Part shown: in pieces, positions 1 to 14,041 of the stretch
Position numbering within the stretch: the stretch's first letter is position 1
How the letters are laid out: the number at the start of each line of letters is the position of its first letter
Assembly: GCA_043228905.1 (NCBI GenBank)
Contig: JBHGNT010000022.1
Span: forward strand, 8,742,001-8,806,000
DNA length: 64,000 nt
Direction of reading: 5' to 3'
Origin: Azolla caroliniana
Taxonomy: Eukaryota; Plantae; Polypodiophyta
Notes under the pieces: generated by a model
Database searches by the model: none
What the model saw: only the letters and a program-made list of their open reading frames with translations
Told to the model about the DNA's origin: nothing
Translations under genes and position numbers: made by a program

Positions 1-2
1 AT

Positions 3-659
3 TTAGAAGGAGATGATAAGTCTAAGATTAATGCAGAAGATCTGCGCGAATTCACCGCTACCGACAATGCAGAACAGGCTACAGAAAAGAAAGAAGGAGA
101 AAGCACAGAAGAAGGAGAAAGCATAGAAGAAGGAGAAAGCACAGAAGAAGGAGAAAGCACAGAAGAAGGGGGAGAAGAAGGGGAAGGGGAGGAAGAACCA
201 GGTGAGTGTCCCTTTTGCTTGTTCATGAAAGGAGGCCCTTGTAGAGATAACTTCATACAATGGGAAGAATGTGTCCAAACGGCAGAAGATGCGAAAGAAG
301 ATATTGTAGAGAAATGTCATCAGATCACCTTCTTGTTGAAAGAATGTATGGAAGCGAACTCTGAGTATTATGAACCTGTCTTACAAGCTGAGAAAGCCAT
401 GGGAGAGGCTATTCTTGAAGAATCATCATCATTATCTGCATCTCAAGAAGAAAATGACGGTCAAATCTCAAACCCAGCATTGCAAGATGCTGGCAATAAC
501 AACAATAGCAATGAAAATAGAAGTTTTAATGAAGATGAAAACAGAAGTTCAGCTGTGGAAGCTCAGCCATCCGAAGAGGTAGAATCTCGAAGCTCTGAAG
601 CTTCTTCACAAATTCTCCGAGATGGAAATGGATCATCAGAAAGTAGTGAAGGATCCTGA
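3..659 (+). CDS. GCK-domain protein (twin-Cys, Mia40/CHCH-like), 5' end lies outside the window
   Basis: The frame is open from nt 3. An acidic stretch (EGESTE repeats) is followed by GECPFCLFMKGGPCRDNFIQWEECV...KC...LKECMEANSEYYEPVL, the plant GCK domain pattern. Stop TGA at 657-659. Confidence 0.85.
   Translation, partial: LEGDDKSKINAEDLREFTATDNAEQATEKKEGESTEEGESIEEGESTEEGESTEEGGEEGEGEEEPGECPFCLFMKGGPCRDNFIQWEECVQTAEDAKEDIVEKCHQITFLLKECMEANSEYYEPVLQAEKAMGEAILEESSSLSASQEENDGQISNPALQDAGNNNNSNENRSFNEDENRSSAVEAQPSEEVESRSSEASSQILRDGNGSSESSEGS
92..167 (+). repeat. 18-bp coding tandem repeat (GAAGGAGAAAGCACAGAA, about 4 copies)
   Basis: Repeated units are visible directly and encode EGESTE. Confidence 0.85.
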
Positions 660-2367
660 TAAAGAGTTAATATTCATCCAGGTAAGTGATACATATTTCA
701 TCTCTTTTATGTATAATATAAAAATCCTAACCTAGATTCTAGTCTCTAGGGTGTAGGGCTTATTAGTAGCATCGGGGGTAAAAGAAAGTCGCATAGATAA
801 AGTAATTGAACATTTGTCGCATCCTCACTTTAAGAAAGTTCATGATATAAAAAACAATATATACTCTTTTGAATTATATCTATATGGCTCTCCCTGTATG
901 CAAGTAACCACATAAGTGTACATATTTCTGTAGCTGATTTCCTTTATATTACCAGGAAGAATGTAGGGCGCAAAGTTCTCAAAATGTTTTTCACAAACAT
1001 AACATCATTATCAATCCAGGGAGTGATCATGCATTCGAAAGGGAGAGGGGGTGGTTTATCATACTTGATTTATCCCACCTGATGAATCTGTTATGGAATG
1101 TTGTCTACGTCCTTAGAAGTGTGAAAAAGCTAAAATGTAAACTCCAAAATATTTGTTGTTTACCTCACTTTTGTAATGTATTTGTACGTTGTAAACTTGT
1201 TGGAAGGTTATTATATCTAGCAGTTTTCTAGTATCCAACAACACTAAGAGTTAGCAGTCATGCCAGTAATACGCAAGTGAAGACATTAAAAGTTCTTTTG
1301 CATTTTTCCTCTATTCTAGTTATATATCCACTATTTGAGATATTTGCCTTCCATGTGTCAATAATATGTAGCATAGGGTGTAAAACGTAATACTTCATAA
1401 AGGCAGATTGTGTGAATCTGCTCTGTCTTTGCATAGCCTATAGATATTATGTTACAAAGCAAGATACACTATATAATCAGCATATGGGAAATGTCCCAAT
1501 AGATGCCTTATATTCTTCTTTAATGAGTGCTCAATGTATAAGCTTGAGTTTAGACACATGACCTAGGCTAATGTAAATTGGAATATCATGATGTATTATC
1601 ATCCTCTGAGAAATTAGTGATATGACCAATGGAACCCCAAGCAAGTATTACAAGATTCTTCTCTTTTAATACAGATATTAAAACGCATGCAATTCATGCA
1701 TTTTCCTTAAATAAGGGGGCAGAGTGCTTGGGATGCAGAATCTTGTCACCATCTGAAATATGCTCATAGAACTGGAAAGATGGCTATGGGAATGGTGTTG
1801 GGGATGCAAAATCTCATTGCCATCTAGAATATACTGGTGGGAGTGGACAAATGGCGATGGGGATGCAAAAATCATTGCCATGTGAATGTGTTGATGGGAG
1901 TGGTAAAACAGTTACGGGGATCGATGCCGCCATATTGTTACAGAGAATGTCAGGCTCTATCTGAGAAATTTAAATATTTTTATTTTGTTTTGGGGTGCTA
2001 CTATATATTTTTAAGGAACTCGTTCTTGTCCATTATTTACAGTTTTTGTGTTTTTTGGGTCCTTCGTAACTTTTGTGTATATCTCCATATACTTGTGTAA
2101 ATATTTATTATAAACCATCTTTACATTTAGTATGTACAAATTTCACCGACAAAAGCTAGAACTTTCTCTACATGTCGATGTAGATTTTTTTAAAACTCAA
2201 AACTGAGACTCCAAACGTGCTTTTCTTATTTCATAATTTTGCATGAATTTGCGTAGATGCAATCCATACACTTCCTTGATTGCAATGCTATAGTAAAAAA
2301 CATATACTTCCTTGATTGCTCTACTATATTCAAAGTGTATGATAGTGATATAAACTAGTGGACACAG

Positions 2368-5300
2368 TGTGAGAAATGTTGTTAATAGCAGCAGCGGAGC
2401 AATTGTTAGAACAAATTCGACACAGCCAAGCTGTGAGAAGGCTGTTAGACAGCAGTAGAAAAAATGGTTGCAAAGAGTAGAGACACGGCCAAAGAATAGA
2501 GCTTGTTTTTAAGTAGCAGCAGAAAATAATCTCATTACAAAAGCGGCTGGTATAAGCCTATTTATACAAAATTGGGAATGGTTGTTTGGTAGTTAAGAGA
2601 CTCTTGTACTACTGAACAGGTACAATAAACTAGGAATGAAAAGGGAATATCTTGGAAAAAGTGGAAGAGAGAAAAGGCATTTAAAGTGTTGCCGATTCTA
2701 GAGAGAAAAGGCATTTAAAGAGTTGCAGATTCTAGAGAGAAGAATTTGGGAAGAGAGAGAATGTAGTACATAGATAATAAAGATGAAAGAGAGTGCAGGT
2801 CTGGAGCTGCCACCCTCCAACGCCTCCTCAACTCCAAAACGGCCGTCAAACATTGAGTCGACCAAGGAGCTGATCAATGGCATATCTTGGAAGCGGGAAA
2901 AAAAACATAGAGATTGTTGTCAGCATAACAGTTCTGAAATTCAAGAAAGAGAAAGGTGTCAATTTTGTCATGCCAAGCTTTGGGAGCTTGCTTTAAGCCA
3001 TACAAGGCTTTGTGTAACTTGTAGACCTTGTTTTTTTGCTCTGAAATCTCAAAACCTAGAGGCTGTTCAACATAAACCTCCTCTTTCAAGTCACAATTAA
3101 GGAAGGTTGACTTGCCATTCATTTGAAAGATGGGCCATTTGTTGTGAGCAGCAAGTGCAAGTGCATATCAAATAGAGGTGTACCTTGCTGTTGGAGCAAA
3201 ATTTTCCTCGTAGTCCACTCCTTTGACTTGTGAGTAGCCATTTGCAACTAAACGTGCCTTGTGCTTATCCAAAGTACCATCAGCATGGTACTTGGTCTTG
3301 AAAATCCATTTCAGTCCAATGACTTGTCGATGTTGAGGCCGTGGAACCAGCTCCCATGTATGATTCCACTCAATGGAATCAAGTTAAACTTCCATTGCTG
3401 GTTTTCACTTTGGAAGAACAAGGGCCTCTTTTGCTGTTGTGGGTTCTTGTGATTGCACAACAATGCACAATAAGGCAAAGTTGCATGAGTGAGGAGGTTG
3501 TTGTGACTCATGAAGGTTCTTTTTAGGTTGGTCAGAGAACCAGATGTATACTCATGAAGTTCAACATCAAAGAGATGAGAATCACGAATGGTGGCTTGAA
3601 GCCACTTGGGAAGTGGTGGAAGTTGTTGGTGTGTAGAGGAAGGGGAAACGAGTGGAGTTGAGGGAGAGGTTTGAATTGTTGGCGAAGTTAGAGATCGAGT
3701 AGGAGGAGATGGGAGGCTTGAAGGTGAGACATCTTCGTCTAAAATAGGAGATTCCGAAGGAGCTAGAATTTCAACCGTGAACTCTAGTGAAATGGTAGAG
3801 TCATCCGATTGAAACTCCACAAAATGAACATCCCTAGAGATGACTAGGGATTTTGATTCTAAATCCCATAACTTGTAGACTTGAGACTGTGTGTTGTAAC
3901 CAAGAAATGCAAATTTCTTGGTTTTGGACTCAAATTTAGTCCTTTTATGATCTGAAATGTGAACATAAGCATCACAACCAAAGACTTTAAAATGAGATAC
4001 CGAGGGCTATACACCTGTAATGCTTCTGCAGGGATCATTGCAGCAACTGCTTTTGTTGGGCAGCAGTTGATGATGTGGATTGCTGTGATTGCTTCACCCC
4101 AAAACAAGAGAGGAAGATCAGATTGAGATAGCATTGTACGAGCCATCTCTTGGACTGTCCAGTTCTCCTTTCCACAACTCCAATTTGTTGAGGAGCATTG
4201 GGTGTAGAAAATTGGTGTGCAATGCCTCGTTGAGAGCAGAAATGGTGGAAAGCTTGGGAGATAAACTCTCCACCATTGTTGGACCTAATCTTTCTAACTT
4301 TCTTTGACGTCTCGTTCTCCACAAGAGCTACCCATTCTTGAAATTTTATGAAGGCTTGAGATTTTTCCACAAGAAAATAAACCCAAACCTTGCGGGAGAA
4401 ATCATCAATGATGAGCATGAAGTAGCATGCACCACCAAGAGTAGTGGTTTTCATGGGACCACAAAGATCCATGTGCACTAACTCCAAGATAGGTTGCACT
4501 ATGAGTGGCTTCATGAGAAAAAGGCTCTCAATGTTGCTTGCCATGAAGACAAGCAACACATGGGGTATTGGGAGTTTTGAAAATAGGCAGACTCTCCACT
4601 AGTTGTGAAGAGAAGAGTTTTTGTAGAGAATCGTAGTTGAGGTGACCGAACCTGGCATGCCACAACGTGGGATCTTCTTGTGCCACCAACGCATGAGAGC
4701 CTTGAAGAAGATGAAGAAGATGAGATTTGGATTTTTCCAAGGGGCTATGGGAACTTTTCAGGCTCTATAAATCCCCTTCTTGTGTGCCACTAGCTACAAT
4801 TTGTAGGTTGTTGGTGTCAAGGACTTCCAAAATTGAGCGATCAAACTAGACTCCATAACCTTGCTTAGTGATTTGGTAGACTGAAAGTAGGTTGGTAGAG
4901 ATGTGAGGCACATGTAGCACATCTTGAAGAATGACAGGTTCTTCATTTGAAGAATTGTTAAGAAACACATTACCCACACATGAAGCCTCAATGCGTGAGG
5001 CATCTCCTATGGAGACTTGGGAGGAGCTAATCTTCACATCATGCAAAATGGATTTGTCATAGGTCATTGGTTGTCTCTTCATCTCTATCTTGAAATTGAC
5101 GAGCTATGCCCGGTTTAATATTAAACGTGAGGAAAGCATGAACACGAGAATCCTTATGTAGCCAAGCTTCAATCTCAGCGTTAGATGAGCCAGCAACTAA
5201 TTTGGTTAAAGAGGATGAAGTTACTAGTGGTTTCTTGTCATTACCATTGACCACATTTCATAAACAATGGTATTGTAGCAAGGTCTTTATTTGCAGTTCC

Positions 5301-5950
5301 CAATCCAAGTAATTGTTCCCATCCAAGATGTCTTTGGGGAGTTGGGGAATGGTTGATGAAACAATGGTGGCATGTGAGGTCATGGATATCCTCCTCTTGA
5401 GCTACAATTGGACAATTTACAGCAGTTGTACTTCTCCCTAGATGCTAGGTGAGGCTCAGATGAGGGGAAAAGAGAAAAAGAACCTCCTCTGTAGGTTTTG
5501 AGGGTGGCTGCTAAGAGAACCTCCTCTATAAGGTTGGGAGGGAGGGATAAAAGAAGATAGGTCTGTGTGCTCTTTGGCAAAAAAAATCAGGCTGAGGATA
5601 TGGAGCAATTGTTAAAACAAATTAGACACAGCCAAAGAATAGAGCTCATTTTTAAGTAGCAACAGAAAATAATCTCATTACAAAAGAGGCTGGTGTAAGC
5701 CTATTTATACAAAATTGGGAATGGTTGTTTGGTAGTTTAAGAGACTCTTGTACTACCAAACAATTACAATAAACTAGGAATAAAAATGGAATATCTTGGA
5801 AAAGGCATTTAAAGTGTTGCAGATTCTAGAGAGAGAAGGCATTTAAAGAGTTGCGGATTCTAGAGAGAGAAGACTTTGGGAAGAGAGAATGTAGTATAGA
5901 GATAATAAAGATGAAAGAGAGTGTAGGTCTAGAGCTGCCACCCTCCAACA
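2368..5950 (-). mobile_element. Degenerate Ty1/Copia LTR retrotransposon (gag-PR-INT-partial RT; RNase H missing)
   Basis: LTR copies at 2368-2822 and ~5602-5950. Near-TSD CACAG/CATAG. PPT GAGTTGAGGAGG next to 2822. Frameshifted peptides: LDGNNYLDW (gag), LWHARFGHLN, ELVHMDLCGP...IDDFSRKVWVYFL (integrase), YKLHKALYGLKQAP (RT). Confidence 0.9.
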
Positions 5951-6567
5951 CATAGGAAGGTTACTCTTCCCAACCAACGACCATTAAAGGCAGCTTAAAG
6001 GCTCTCTTATAGGTGGCTCACCTAGTGCATGGGTGAAGTTTGTCAACAAAGTGGAAGCCTATCCCATGCTATAGACCTCAATCACCCTTCCCCCCTGCAT
6101 CATCACTTTATATTAACCTTCAATAGACGTGCAACACCAATAAAAAGGGGTTCTAATCTACCTCCTCAAGTAACTATGGTGCTTCGATATGAAATTTATT
6201 TAAAAAATTTAGAGATAAGAGAGAATGCTTTAAACTTTGAACTCCAATGAGCCTAAACTAAATTCAAGTGGCGAGGAGGAAGAGGAGATGGTTAAGAGAC
6301 ATTTTAGGATATTAGGGTTATAGGGTTGAGGATAGTGAGAAGATTTGGGATTAGGGTTGGGGTTTAGGGTTAAGGATAGTGGGAATTATTCCCTAATGAC
6401 TAAGCCGTAAAAGGAATTGAAAAATATAACATAATGAGAATGAAAATGAGAAAATACAAATTAACACAACAAAGGATAGAAAGCTAGAAACTTATTAATT
6501 AAACCAAGTTAATTAACACAACATTAGAAAAAAGGCTAAAAAATCAAGAGATGAAAGAGCATGTACA

Positions 6568-8733
6568 TGTTGGGAATAAATGGCCATCGTGCCTTTTAAT
6601 AGTGCACGAGTGTGAACGCACTCGTAGCACGTTTTGACTTGTATATACATATATATATATCAAAAAACCCAAAAAGTGGTACAATCTTTGTACCTAAGAC
6701 AACGTCCATCTCTCTCTCTCTCTCCCTTTGTCTCTCACTCAGACTCTCTCCCTCTTTGGTTGTCCTAAACCCTAATCTTCCTGCTGCCCTTCAAATTGGT
6801 ATCAGAGTGAAGCAGGTTAGAGCAGGTCGCATTTTTTTTTCCGCAGAGCAAGTCATTCCTTTTTTGTAGAGCAAGTCATGTTTTTTTGCAAGGCACGTTA
6901 GAGCAGGTCACATTTTTTTGTAGAACATGTCTTTTTTTTTCTGTAGAGCAAGTCACGTTTTTTGCAGAGCGAGTCTCTTTTTTGTAGAGCAGGTCACATT
7001 TTGACCGTGTGCAACAGAAACATCTTGTAGGCTTTGACAATGCATGTACAATAGATATTGCCTTTGAAAATTTGTCTATAGATCTGAAATTTTTTGTTTT
7101 CAATGTGGTTATATATTGTTGGTTGGTACTTGTTTGGACCGTAGTTCACTTGTGTGAGAGTCTAGGCTTGGGCTAAGAAATCATGACTGGTAGCAATGAT
7201 AGTAGCCATCTTATGTACATCAAGAAGCTTGAAGGTGCACATAACTTGGCGGTATGGAAAAAGCAGTGCTGCAACATCTTGCTGCAGAAGAAGCATGGAA
7301 AGCCTATCAATGTCAAAGGGGTAAAGCCTACAATTATAGACCAAGATGATTGGCAAGAATTGAACGAGCTTGCACGCTCGACTATTCAGGTGTCAATTTT
7401 TGATGCCTTATTGTTTAATATTGAAGGTTTGGACTCTGCCTATTCTATATGGACTAGACTAGAGGAAGTATATGCCTAGAAGACGGGAACTAACAAAGTT
7501 TATTGGTTTAAGAAACTTATAGATTTGCGCATGACAAAGGGCACACCCATGTCAACTCACTTGAGTGAGTTCAATTCCATTTTCAGCCAACTGGTTGCCT
7601 TAAAATTTATCATTGATGATGAGTTTAAGGTCACGTTTTTACTTTGCACCTTGCCAGAAAGTTTGGATACTTTCAGGACTGCTATGAGCAATTCAAATGC
7701 GATGCTTCTTTATGCCGTTGTAGAGAGTTATCTACTAATGGAAGAGATGAGTCGGCAGAACAATGCATCCAATAAGTCCTCTAGTGTGTTGAATTACTCT
7801 GAAACCGGTGGAAAGGGGTACTCTTTCTATCTAGCATGAGTATATCCCTAAGGTTTTGCAACGTTTCAATATGGAAGGGGGGAAAACAATTGGGGTTCCA
7901 TTGCCTCCATATTTGAAACTCAGTGTTTAAGACAACCCTACATCTGATGATGAGAAGGCTGAATTGGCTAAGGTTCCATATGCTTCAGCCGTTGGCAGTT
8001 TAATATGTGCGATTGTTGCTACACACCCTAATATTGCTTTTGCAAGGGGAGTGGTTAGTAGGTACATGGCAAATCTCGGCAAAAAGCATTGGGAAGTATT
8101 GAAAGGTATTATGAGATACCACAAAGGCACAAAGGACTTGTGCATTTGCTTTGGAAAGCAAAAGGCATCTATCGTTGGTTTTACGGATGCGGACTATGCT
8201 GGTCACACGGACTGCTGAAAGTCTACTTTTGGGTATGTGTTTACTTTCACAGGAGGAGCGGTCTCTTGGATCTCCAGGCTACAGAAGTGTGTTGCATTGT
8301 CTACTACCACTGAAGCATGCAAGGAGGCTTTATGGCTTTCATATCTAGTGAGAGATCTTGGCATTATAGAGTTACCTATTCTTCATTGTGACAGTCAGAG
8401 TGCTATCATGCTAGCTCAGAATCCTGTCTTTCATGCAAAGACGAAGCACATACAGGTGAAGTGTCACTTCATCAGAGATGTACTTGACAGCAAGAACATT
8501 GAGCTTGTCAAAGTACATACAAATGATAATCTTGCAGATCTTCTCACGAATGGGAGTTGGATAGATGTATGTAGTTCAGCTATGTACATACATGGACTTA
8601 GCTGACTTTCTTCTTCTTTTTTCTCCTCATGGCACATTGCCTTTAGGTGGGAGGTTGTTGGGAATAAAGGGTCATTGTGCCTTTTATTAGTGCATGAGTG
8701 TGAACGCACTCGTAGCACGTTTTGACTTATATA

Positions 8734-8768
<35 letters not shown>

Positions 8769-8904
8769 AAAAACCCAAAAAAGTGGTACACTCTCTGTAC
8801 CCAAGACAACGTACATCTCTCTCTCTCTCTATCTCCCTTTGTCTCTCACTCAGACTCTCTCCCTCTCTGATTGACCTAAACCCTAATCCTCGTGCTGCCC
8901 TTCA
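6568..8904 (+). mobile_element. Internally deleted (non-autonomous) Ty1/Copia element
   Basis: LTRs 6568-6793 and 8656-8904 (TG...CA). Perfect TSD GTACA. PBS TGGTATCAGAG (tRNA-iMet) at 6797. PPT AGGTGGGAGG. gag (7183-7800) is joined to RT C-terminus/RNase H (KVPYASAVGSL, DADYAG, CDSQSAI, HAKTKHI). Confidence 0.93.
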
Positions 8905-10690
8905 GTACACACATGTACAACATAGACCAACACATTACAGACCTGGTAATTACTCTGTCTGTGATTGTTCTGAACGATTCAAGGCTTTGCTTCATACAAC
9001 TTTTTCCCGCTTATAGAGTTTTCTTCTTGAAAATTCCTTGGAGCTTACATAGAGATTGTTATGTACTAGAGTACGTGTTAAGAGGAGAAGCAATCTCTCT
9101 CTTAAGTACGACAAAGTAGTACATTGTACACCTTGTGATGGCTCTGCCTGCGTCTGTTCCGGCCGAGTTGGGACATTGCAGATTTCTCCTTTTATATCAT
9201 ACTTCAAGTATATCGGAGTCCACCTCCTAAACAATGCAAGGTACTCTTTGTTTAGGATCATCTCAAGCTCCAATACATCACCTATCTCTACACAGTTTCA
9301 AACATACTCTCATATGTTTGCTAACTGAGGTTTTCCTTTTAAACGTACCACATTATATTTACTCTTGTGAATGTTTTAAATGCAAGAGTTACCCCAAAAA
9401 TCTTCGCTTTAGAAACAATTTTATTCTGTATTTGTTAATATTAGGCACAACTAAATCTCTGCAGTGCAGACATTCTAATATATCTTTGACACATATTTCA
9501 AGTGTGATATACTGATGTAAGTAAATGTTTATCTTTCATGATTAATTTTTTTGTAGGCATACGTCAAGGTTGATGAGCTATTTGGATGGATATTCACCGG
9601 CCTTACTTACGTGGAAGAGTTGTGAACCCTTTGGGATAACATTTTTTAGGAAATAATCGATTCGAGATTAATTTCTTGAGGAAATCTATTGCAGATTTCT
9701 TTAGGTAAATATAAACATACCAATCTGCATTGGATCTGCATGATTAATGCAAAAACTAATCCACCCTCCAACTTGTAATTCTGGAGGAAAAAACTTGCCA
9801 ATATATCCTTCACACAACATTCCAATTATTTTTTGAAGAGGAGAATTTTTCTTTTTTTCCAAATGTATGGTAAATTTTGAGAATAATTATGGTGACAAAC
9901 TTGCTGAACTCATCAAAACGTGTAAGAGCATCTAAAAATCATCAAACACATCAGCTTTTGTTGCATGATGTATTTAATTCAAGTGGAATATGTGCCTTGG
10001 TGAAGTGAAACTTCTGCTTATCATCGTATTGGTAGCAAAGAAAGTGAATGAAGGAAGCAAAGTAGCAACAGTGCGTAGTAGGAATTCATTACACATTTGG
10101 AAAATTAGGTTTGAGCTAAATTTATAAATAATAATTTGAATGTATTAATAAACCCAGACTGAATATGTTGTATTTCTTACTGCCTTTATCTTCTTTCATG
10201 TTCTACCACTTTGTAGTTTAAAATGGTTTGTAGACCATTATTGGTGCATGTGCATATTAAAATACGTTGTAGACTTCTGATTGTGTATCCGTGGTACCAG
10301 AATATTGAGATTTGGTTATTGTTAGGCTGCATATCTTAATGAGAACTGGGTGATATTTGGCATGTCATCTTCAATAAACAAGGAACAAAAATGAGTCATG
10401 ATATGGCATTAGTATTTAATTCTAATATTTGGTATTGGAGCTCATGATGAATGAATTCGTTTTCTCTTCTTTTGGCGTCTTTTCCTAGATACTTCATAAA
10501 CATTTTTTTGTTGAGCGCATGTAAGTAAACATTTGTCCATTTATGATGCATAATTTGAATGAAAACATGGGGCCTTCCTAATCAAAGTTCAAGAACGAGT
10601 TGCTTGAAAGTGCCTATTATGAAAGAGGTTTTATTGATGATAAGTGGGTCTATCTTGGAGATGACACTTTTGAACAATTCAGAGGTTATT

Positions 10691-10727
<37 letters not shown>

Positions 10728-10949
10728 TGTAATACAACTAGGTGATAAGATAACTACTACATCTAATGCCTTTCTTGAAACATACTTAACATCAATTGCA
10801 AGACTCAATGAATATAGCTTAACATGCACTTTTGTAACTCTAAAAATGTCAAGGTCTTCTTGAATCATATTACAAATATGCAAACAAATTCCACGATGTA
10901 TGATAACCAACATGATGGACTTGATGAATTTTGGAACTCCAAAAATATC

Positions 10950-13450
10950 AAGGTCATCTTGAATCGTGTTATAAATATGCCAATAGATTCCATGATGAAG
11001 GATAACCAACATGATGAACTTTCTTCCTTTGTAAAGCTGTTAGGCAAAAAGAAAGAACAAAAGAAGAAATTTTCCTTTGGTTGGATGGTTGTGAGTCTCA
11101 TTTTGAGCTCCATCTCGAGGTTAAAATGGTACAAACATTGCATTGTTTGCGAGTTTGGTTGGAAGGTTGTCACATACTATTGTCATCTTCATACCACGAA
11201 GAAACTACCCAAAACTTGGATGACATCATTGATTTTTTTTAATGATAGTTTCTATAAACACATTATCAAATTGAAGTTGCACAAAACCTTAATTATTCTC
11301 ACTTGCAAGTCATTTTGCTTCCTTAGCATCGTGCTCATTATATTTGTAAGAAAATATAATGAATTTGGACTCAAAAGAGAAAATGCTTTATTGAATGTTT
11401 CCTTCAAGAACATTCTAAATTTGAATTATCATTGGATAAAACATGTTAAGGCTCGTAAAACTTTCTCAGTATTGTTGAGATTGTGCTTCGACATATGTGC
11501 ACCTCCAAGAAAGATTATCAAGAAACACAAAAAAAAAGATGATAAGTTTTCTCAAAAACACTAATCACACTCCTTCATGGGCTATGCAAGAAAAGAAGGG
11601 TATAGAAAAAATAAATGCTTTTGGCTTGAGAAAGAGTACTATCCAAGAGAGAAATGGCAAAACTTTTGACGAAAAAGATCAATTCCTTAATATTATCGAT
11701 GTTCACACTCAACATTGAACTAATTGTCCATGTTCACACACTTGTATTGATCATCTCTTAGTGCTAATGTTGGGGGTTCAAACAAAGGTAAGTGAACTAA
11801 TTGATGATCTCTTAGTGCTAATCTTTCATCAACCATGGAGTTCATGAGTTGTGAAAGCACATAAATTTGTGTATAGAAGAAAGAAGCATAATTTTCACAA
11901 GATGAGATTGAGATTCACTAATGTAATGTTAATTTATCCCTAGTTTTGTAATAGAAACTTATATATTTATCCATTGATTGGCTCAAATATCAATTGATCA
12001 TGTTTATAGTGAATGATGTTGCACACTTTATTGAATGTACAAAAGCCAGTTTCTTCCACATCTTTAATTACGTTCTCTTCTTTATTGTTGGCATGAATCA
12101 ATTACCTTTTCATGAACTACTACGCAAGAAGAATTGAATGATTTTGAAGTTTGTTTTCTTAAGGAACTACTATTCAAGTTACCTCCTATAGTGTACTTGA
12201 GATCTACTAGGTGTTGCCTTTATGAACATTCCAACCTATGAACATAGTCAGATTATAAAGGAAATAAGATCACGATTCACAACACTTAAAAGGATGGGTC
12301 ATATTTGTCATAGTAAATCTCATTAGGTGCGGTGCACTAAAAAGGAACTAACATCATAAATATGTCTTAATTATTGTCATAAAGTGACAATCAAAATTTT
12401 GTATCTAGGACCATGTGTTAAAGACTTATTTGATTATTTTCACTGTGCTCAACGCATGACCAAAATTAGTTTACAAACTAGCATCAAATAAAAGTTGTTG
12501 AGGAGGATATTCTTAAATTTGGATTTTCGTACACTACGGCTATTCTAAATTCTTAATTAAGTTGTTTAGGTTGATAAACACTCTGGCCTACAACTTTCAA
12601 CCTGAAATGAAATGACACGTTCCTAGATCAAAGCGATCACTTATAATCATTTTCCTTGATTGTGTTTTTGGATATAGTTACTTGAGATAAGCATTGACAC
12701 AAGCATGTTTGCCATGTGATCCTCCAAACATTTTGAGACAAATTTGTATGCCCAATTTTCAAAATGGAAGTTTTTTAAAGGATAAATAAAGTACGACATT
12801 TAATAAGCATCCAAGGTGTTCAAACTAATGTCAAAATAGAAAGAGAAATTCCAGCCAACTCCTCACAATGCCCAAGAACTTTGTTCATTCCTTGGTTTTA
12901 TCAGTTTTTTGCAATAATTTTACACTCAACTTTTGGCAATTGATTGTATTTCTTATTAATAATTTGAAATTTTAAACATGCATGTCAACTAAACCATCTA
13001 CCAAATTAATTCCCTGGAATGATTTGTTGCATGAATATGACACATCTACATTGATGCTAAAATTACATAACTTGCTCATTAAAACTTCTCAGGATTGAAA
13101 GTACTAATAATGATTAGACAAATTGGTGTTTTACTTTATCAAGCCAGCAAGCTTGGTACTTTTAAGAACACACGCAAGGGTACCCGAAGCATTCCACTCC
13201 ACCAATATTGGATTATAAATGGGAAGAATCTTTCTTATTTTAAAAGTAAGTTTTAGACGATTGAAGCTAATGTTAATGATTAGACATTTAGTGTCTCTTT
13301 ATCAAGACAGCAAACTTGTTATTTTTAATAGTACAAAACTTGATCTTCCTGTATGGCATGTGTGGAAATTTCAGAGATACCTCATGTTGTTCTACCTTAA
13401 CAAACTACCCTAGAAATATATTTTGCTATGAGAGATCGGTTTCATACATT
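10950..13450 (+). mobile_element. Highly degenerate hAT-like (ZNF862/C17orf113-type) transposase remnant
   Basis: Scattered motif remnants in the expected order: KFSFGW and HCIVC (~11070-11150), HCAQR..LQT resembling HCxAHR (~12441), TR(W)I-like (~12615), FSTL (~13390). No intact ORF. Confidence 0.4.
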
Positions 13451-14041
13451 CTCCTCTTATCCTTTGTTTAAGTGTGGTTGGTGTGGTTTAAGATCCTTAA
13501 TATCCTTTCATTAACTGCTTATCATTAACATACTCTGTCTCAAATTTGTGGGTGATTTAGTGTTACATGATCGCAAATGAAATCTTTTTAACCTAAAAAA
13601 AGTGGTAAAAGAATAGTAGCCAATGATAAGACTAAATTTCAAACACAAATCAAATCGGTATGAAAAGTTGTGGTTTTGAAGTGATTATTATTGTGTGCTC
13701 CATTTGGATCCAACGAGAGTGTAATCATCATTATCTTCATAGAGGATGTTGTGGATGGCTTTGTTGAATGAGAAATTAGGCGGAGCCCTAGATTGATATT
13801 CAAGAGAGAGTTGTGTTTGAGAAGGTGGTGGCCCTATAGCAACCTAAGGCAAAAAACATTTAAAAAACCAAGTGAGAATGACTCATGTTAGTGAATGTCT
13901 TGGTGAATGTGATTTCACTCAAGTTAATGAATGTGTTCTCTCTTAGCAATCATAATCATCTTATGTTCAAATTATGATTTACACGTAAGTCAAGTTAATG
14001 AATGTGTTTTTATTAGCAATCATAACCATCTTATTGTAAAA

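Larger units (their letters stand above)
682..9556 (+). other. Probable long 3'-UTR intron of the GCK gene
   Basis: Strong donor CAG|GTAAGT 22 nt after the stop. Candidate acceptor TTTTTTTTGTAG| at 9556, followed by UTR-like sequence. The acceptor assignment is inferred. Confidence 0.45.

Noticed and set aside
3-320. Phe-rich minus-strand ORF
   Set aside because: Antisense reading of the GA-rich GCK coding repeat.
6300-6375. Telomere-like TTAGGG/TTTAGGG units (also at 32218-32232)
   Set aside because: Too few and too degenerate to be an interstitial telomere. Telobox-like motifs are common in plant DNA.
10824-11564. 246-aa ORF as a host gene
   Set aside because: No coherent domain. It overlaps a local tandem duplication and a probable decayed hAT N-terminus.
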